Virus record (IMG/VR): IMGVR_UViG_3300003375_000063
Coordinates: 1 to 38,333 of that record
Direction: 5' to 3' (one strand)
DNA from: a virus
Taxonomy: Duplodnaviria > Caudoviricetes
Length of the DNA: 38,333 nt
Within the stretch, counting starts at the first letter, position 1, and the number at the start of each line of letters is the position of its first letter. The notes beneath the pieces are model-generated. The model had not been told where the DNA came from. It did no database searches and was given only the letters and a program-made list of their open reading frames with translations. Below are positions 35,310 to 38,333 of this stretch, piece after piece. The position numbers were made by a program, and so were the translations under genes.

Positions 35310-36214
35310 TCAAGCTCAGTTCGGCGTTGCCGAAGGACGACGAGCGCAACGGCCTGGAGCCGATCGGCCGTGAGGTGCTGCGTTCTCCTCGTGGCAGTCA
35401 TTGGGTGGTGGCATTGGTGACAGGTAAGGCGATCACGGAAGACGTTGATACTGGTGGTCGCACCCCGACGTTGCAGATCCTGTCGATTGAGTCGGTGCTC
35501 CCGGCTGATCGTGGTGTGGCTGAGGGGATGTTGCAGCGGGCGTTGGAGGCGCGGACAGGTAAGCAGCCGTTGCCCTATGAGTCGGTCGAGCCGATTCGGC
35601 GCTCTAAGCCGACGTTGGTCACCTCGGTCACGCTCACTGCGGACGATGCGGAGCGACTGGTTTCCCTCAGTAATGACAGTGATCTGCTGATCGAAGCTGC
35701 TCGGTTGGTTGTCGCGCAGCAGCAGGGGTCAACGAAGGTGCTGAAGCGGGATCTGAATATCGGGTTCATCCGGGCGCAGAGGCTGATGGCTGATCTGGAG
35801 GCGCTGCAGGTCGTTGGGCCGGTGGATGGCACGAAGCCCCGTGAGGTGCTGGTAGCTCCGACTGATGTGGATGCCGTGATCGAGCGGATCAAAGCGCAAG
35901 CCGAAGGCGATGAGCCAGACGAGTCCGCTGATGAGCCTGACTCCCTTGAGTTCCCGGAGCCGCCGTCTGCTGATCCCGATAGGGAGTTGCTGCGCTCGGC
36001 CGCTGAGTTGGTTGTCTCATCCCAGTTCGGGTCCACGTCGATGCTGCAGCGGAAGTTGCGGGTCGGGTTCGCGAAAGCAGGGGTGTTGATGGACCGCTTA
36101 GAGGGTCTGATGATCGTCGGCCCGGCGGAGGGATCTAAGGCCCGTGATGTGCTGATCCAACCGGCGGAGTTGGCCAGCACGTTGGAGGCGCTCACGTTGG
36201 CTGGTGAGTTATGA
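35306..36214 (+). CDS. protein with two FtsK-gamma (winged-helix) domains, no motor domain
   Basis: LL.EAA.LVV..Q.GST..L.R.L.IGF.RA.RLM..LE...VVGP..G.KPREVL and [33 protein letters not shown]...[14 protein letters not shown]. Confidence 0.88.
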   Translation: MIKLSSALPKDDERNGLEPIGREVLRSPRGSHWVVALVTGKAITEDVDTGGRTPTLQILSIESVLPADRGVAEGMLQRALEARTGKQPLPYESVEPIRRSKPTLVTSVTLTADDAERLVSLSNDSDLLIEAARLVVAQQQGSTKVLKRDLNIGFIRAQRLMADLEALQVVGPVDGTKPREVLVAPTDVDAVIERIKAQAEGDEPDESADEPDSLEFPEPPSADPDRELLRSAAELVVSSQFGSTSMLQRKLRVGFAKAGVLMDRLEGLMIVGPAEGSKARDVLIQPAELASTLEALTLAGEL

Positions 36215-36549
36215 GCGCGGTGAGTGAGGCGATGCAGGAGACAGCTGATCGCTATGACACTGGTCCGTCTCGGCGCAGGTGGTCGACGACGCAGGAGGTC
36301 GATCCGGTGATCCTCGGGAAGTTGGATGGGGCGATCGCGTCGCTGCGCAGGAATGCGATTGTGGCTCCTGATCCGTCGTTTGAGCTGCGGGACGCGATGT
36401 CGCTGAAGAAGATCCGCACGGTCCTCGGCAGGAAGCGGTGCGAGGAGATAGCGCTGGTGATTTTCCGCCACGGCGCGAGCAAGGCCATGGAGATCCTCAA
36501 CGTGCCGTACGAGGTCATTCACGCTGTGCGCGCAGGGATGGATGAGTAG
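36211..36549 (+). CDS. hypothetical protein
   Basis: ATGA-coupled 112-aa ORF; possible C-terminal HTH. Confidence 0.65.
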   Translation: MSAVSEAMQETADRYDTGPSRRRWSTTQEVDPVILGKLDGAIASLRRNAIVAPDPSFELRDAMSLKKIRTVLGRKRCEEIALVIFRHGASKAMEILNVPYEVIHAVRAGMDE

Positions 36550-36552
36550 CTA

Positions 36553-38175
36553 ATGACGCTCACTGTCACTGACCTTTTCGCGGGCGCGGGTGGCTCTTCG
36601 CAGGGCATGCATGCGGTCCCTGGCGTCGAGGTCCGGATCGCGGCCAATCACTGGAAGTTGGCCGTCGAGTCCCACGCCGCGAACTTCCCCGACACCGAGC
36701 ATGATTGCGCTGATATCAGCCAGGTCGATGTCCGGCGTTACCCGAACACAGACATCCTTTGGGCGTCACCGGAGTGCACGAATCATTCGCAGGCGAAGGG
36801 CGTGAAACGCGCTACGCATTCGACGCCGGACATGTTCGGTGAGGTGCTGCCTGATGCTGCGGCGGAGAGATCGCGGGCGACGATGTGGGATGTTCCTCGG
36901 TTCGCTGAGCAGATCCACTATCGGGCGATCATCGTGGAGAACGTCGTTGATGCTGTGAAGTGGGTGATGTTCCCCGCGTGGCTGCATGCGATGACATTGT
37001 TGGGGTACGAGCACCAGATGGTGTCGTTGAACTCGATGCACGCGCAAGCGACTAGGGCGAACCGCGCGCCGCAGTCCCGGGATCGTCTGTATGTGGTGTT
37101 CAACCGTAGGGGTGATCGGCGTCCGGATGTCACGCCACGACCGTTGGCTTTGTGCGGGGCGTGCGGTCATGAGGGGCCGTCAGTGCAGGTGTGGAAGCGA
37201 CCTGAGAATCCGGTGGGCCGTTACCGCGCCCAGTATTTCTATCAGTGTTCTCGGTGCACTCAGCGGGTCGAGCCGTTCGCGTTGCCTGCTGCTGCTGCGA
37301 TTGATTGGAGCATGCCGGGGCAGCGGATCGGTGACCGTGTGAAGCCGTTGAGCCCGAAGACGATGGCGCGGATTGAGGCGGGTCTGCGGAAATATGGCTC
37401 CGATGCCTACCTCACCGTTAATCGTGGTGGCCCGTTCGCAGCGCACCGCAACATCGACGTTTCCTCTCCTGTGCCGACCATCGTCGCCTCGCCGAACCCG
37501 ATCGGCCTTGTAGTTCCTGTGGAGGGCCGCGACGGCAAGCAGGCGATGCCCGCCGGCGAGCCGATGCGGACGTTGACGACGCGCGCTGAGACTGCGCTGG
37601 TCGTTCCCTATTACGGTTCGCAGACGACGGCGCGGTCTGCTGGTGAGCCGATGCCGACGATGGGGACTGTTGATACGGCGGCGTTGGTTGTGCCGTCCGG
37701 TGGGACGTGGAATGAGTCGGCGTATCCGGTGAGTGATCCGTTCCGGACGCAGACGACCCGCGAGCATGAGGGTGTTGCGTTCATCGCGGAGCTTCGTGGC
37801 GGCGGTTCGGATCATCGGCCGGTGACTGAGCCGCTGGCGACTGTCGTGGCGTCGGGTAACCATCACATGCTGGTGCGCCATAACTCCTCGAGGAGCGGCG
37901 CTGGCGCGGAGATGTGCACGCCTGCATCTGAGCCTGCGCGGACGCTCACGACGTCCGGGCATCAGTCGCTGGTGTCGATCGCGTCGCAGGTGGAGGATGC
38001 GTCGTTTCGGATGCTGGAGCCGCATGAGATTCAAGCGGCGATGGCGTTCGGCGCTGATTATCGGGTGTTGGGAAATCGACGGGAGCGTGTCCGTCAGCTC
38101 GGCAACGCTGTTACGCCTCCCGCTGCGGAGTTCCTAGTCGGTGCTGTAGCTGAGGCATTGCAGGGCGCGTCATGA
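36553..38175 (+). CDS. DNA (cytosine-5) methyltransferase
   Basis: DLFAGAGG (I), WASPECT (IV), IIVENV (VI), APQSRDR (VIII), RML...E (IX), QLGNAVTP (X). Confidence 0.93.
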   Translation: MTLTVTDLFAGAGGSSQGMHAVPGVEVRIAANHWKLAVESHAANFPDTEHDCADISQVDVRRYPNTDILWASPECTNHSQAKGVKRATHSTPDMFGEVLPDAAAERSRATMWDVPRFAEQIHYRAIIVENVVDAVKWVMFPAWLHAMTLLGYEHQMVSLNSMHAQATRANRAPQSRDRLYVVFNRRGDRRPDVTPRPLALCGACGHEGPSVQVWKRPENPVGRYRAQYFYQCSRCTQRVEPFALPAAAAIDWSMPGQRIGDRVKPLSPKTMARIEAGLRKYGSDAYLTVNRGGPFAAHRNIDVSSPVPTIVASPNPIGLVVPVEGRDGKQAMPAGEPMRTLTTRAETALVVPYYGSQTTARSAGEPMPTMGTVDTAALVVPSGGTWNESAYPVSDPFRTQTTREHEGVAFIAELRGGGSDHRPVTEPLATVVASGNHHMLVRHNSSRSGAGAEMCTPASEPARTLTTSGHQSLVSIASQVEDASFRMLEPHEIQAAMAFGADYRVLGNRRERVRQLGNAVTPPAAEFLVGAVAEALQGAS

Positions 38176-38333
38176 CTCAGTATTGGGAGGATCACGACGT
38201 CGTGCTCCATGAGGGCAGCGCGCGGGATGTTCTCGCCGAACTACCGTCAGGATCGGTGCAGTGCGTGGTCACGTCACCGCCGTATTTCGGGCTACGTGAT
38301 TACGGCGTTGAAGGGCAGATCGGGTTAGAGGAA
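38172..38333 (+). CDS. N4-C/N6-A DNA methyltransferase, beta class (truncated by window end)
   Basis: Hand-translated MTQYWEDHDVVLHEGSARDVLAELPSGSVQCVVTSPPYFGLRDYGVEGQIGLEE; SPPY motif IV. Confidence 0.88.
   Translation, partial: MTQYWEDHDVVLHEGSARDVLAELPSGSVQCVVTSPPYFGLRDYGVEGQIGLEE

Overview
This window is most of a temperate, GC-rich actinobacteriophage (siphovirus) genome in its excised/virion arrangement, probably starting at or near the left genome end. Gene order: terminase small and large subunits, portal, MuF-like/maturation protein, scaffold, head decoration protein, major capsid, head-tail connectors, major tail, tail assembly chaperones with a -1 frameshift, tape measure protein with an SLT domain, minor tail proteins, lysis genes (signal-peptide DUF1906/LysM endolysin, holin), a second fibre/spike module, attP matching a tmRNA-like 3' end, tyrosine integrase, an accessory/immunity region, a repressor/cro switch and early genes (Xis-like, HNH, tandem FtsK-gamma protein, two DNA methyltransferases). 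The most notable observation is a multi-pass membrane protein with a degenerate GGDEF domain that keeps the RxxD I-site and is translationally coupled to the immunity repressor, a candidate c-di-GMP or envelope-sensing input to lysogeny. Other notable items are a complementary-motif RNA system around the major tail/chaperone genes, duplicated gene-junction motifs in the fibre module, a BrnT-like toxin-antitoxin pair and a hairpin array with anti-SD-like loops. All calls come from motif recognition and synteny by eye; no database searches or folding programs were run.
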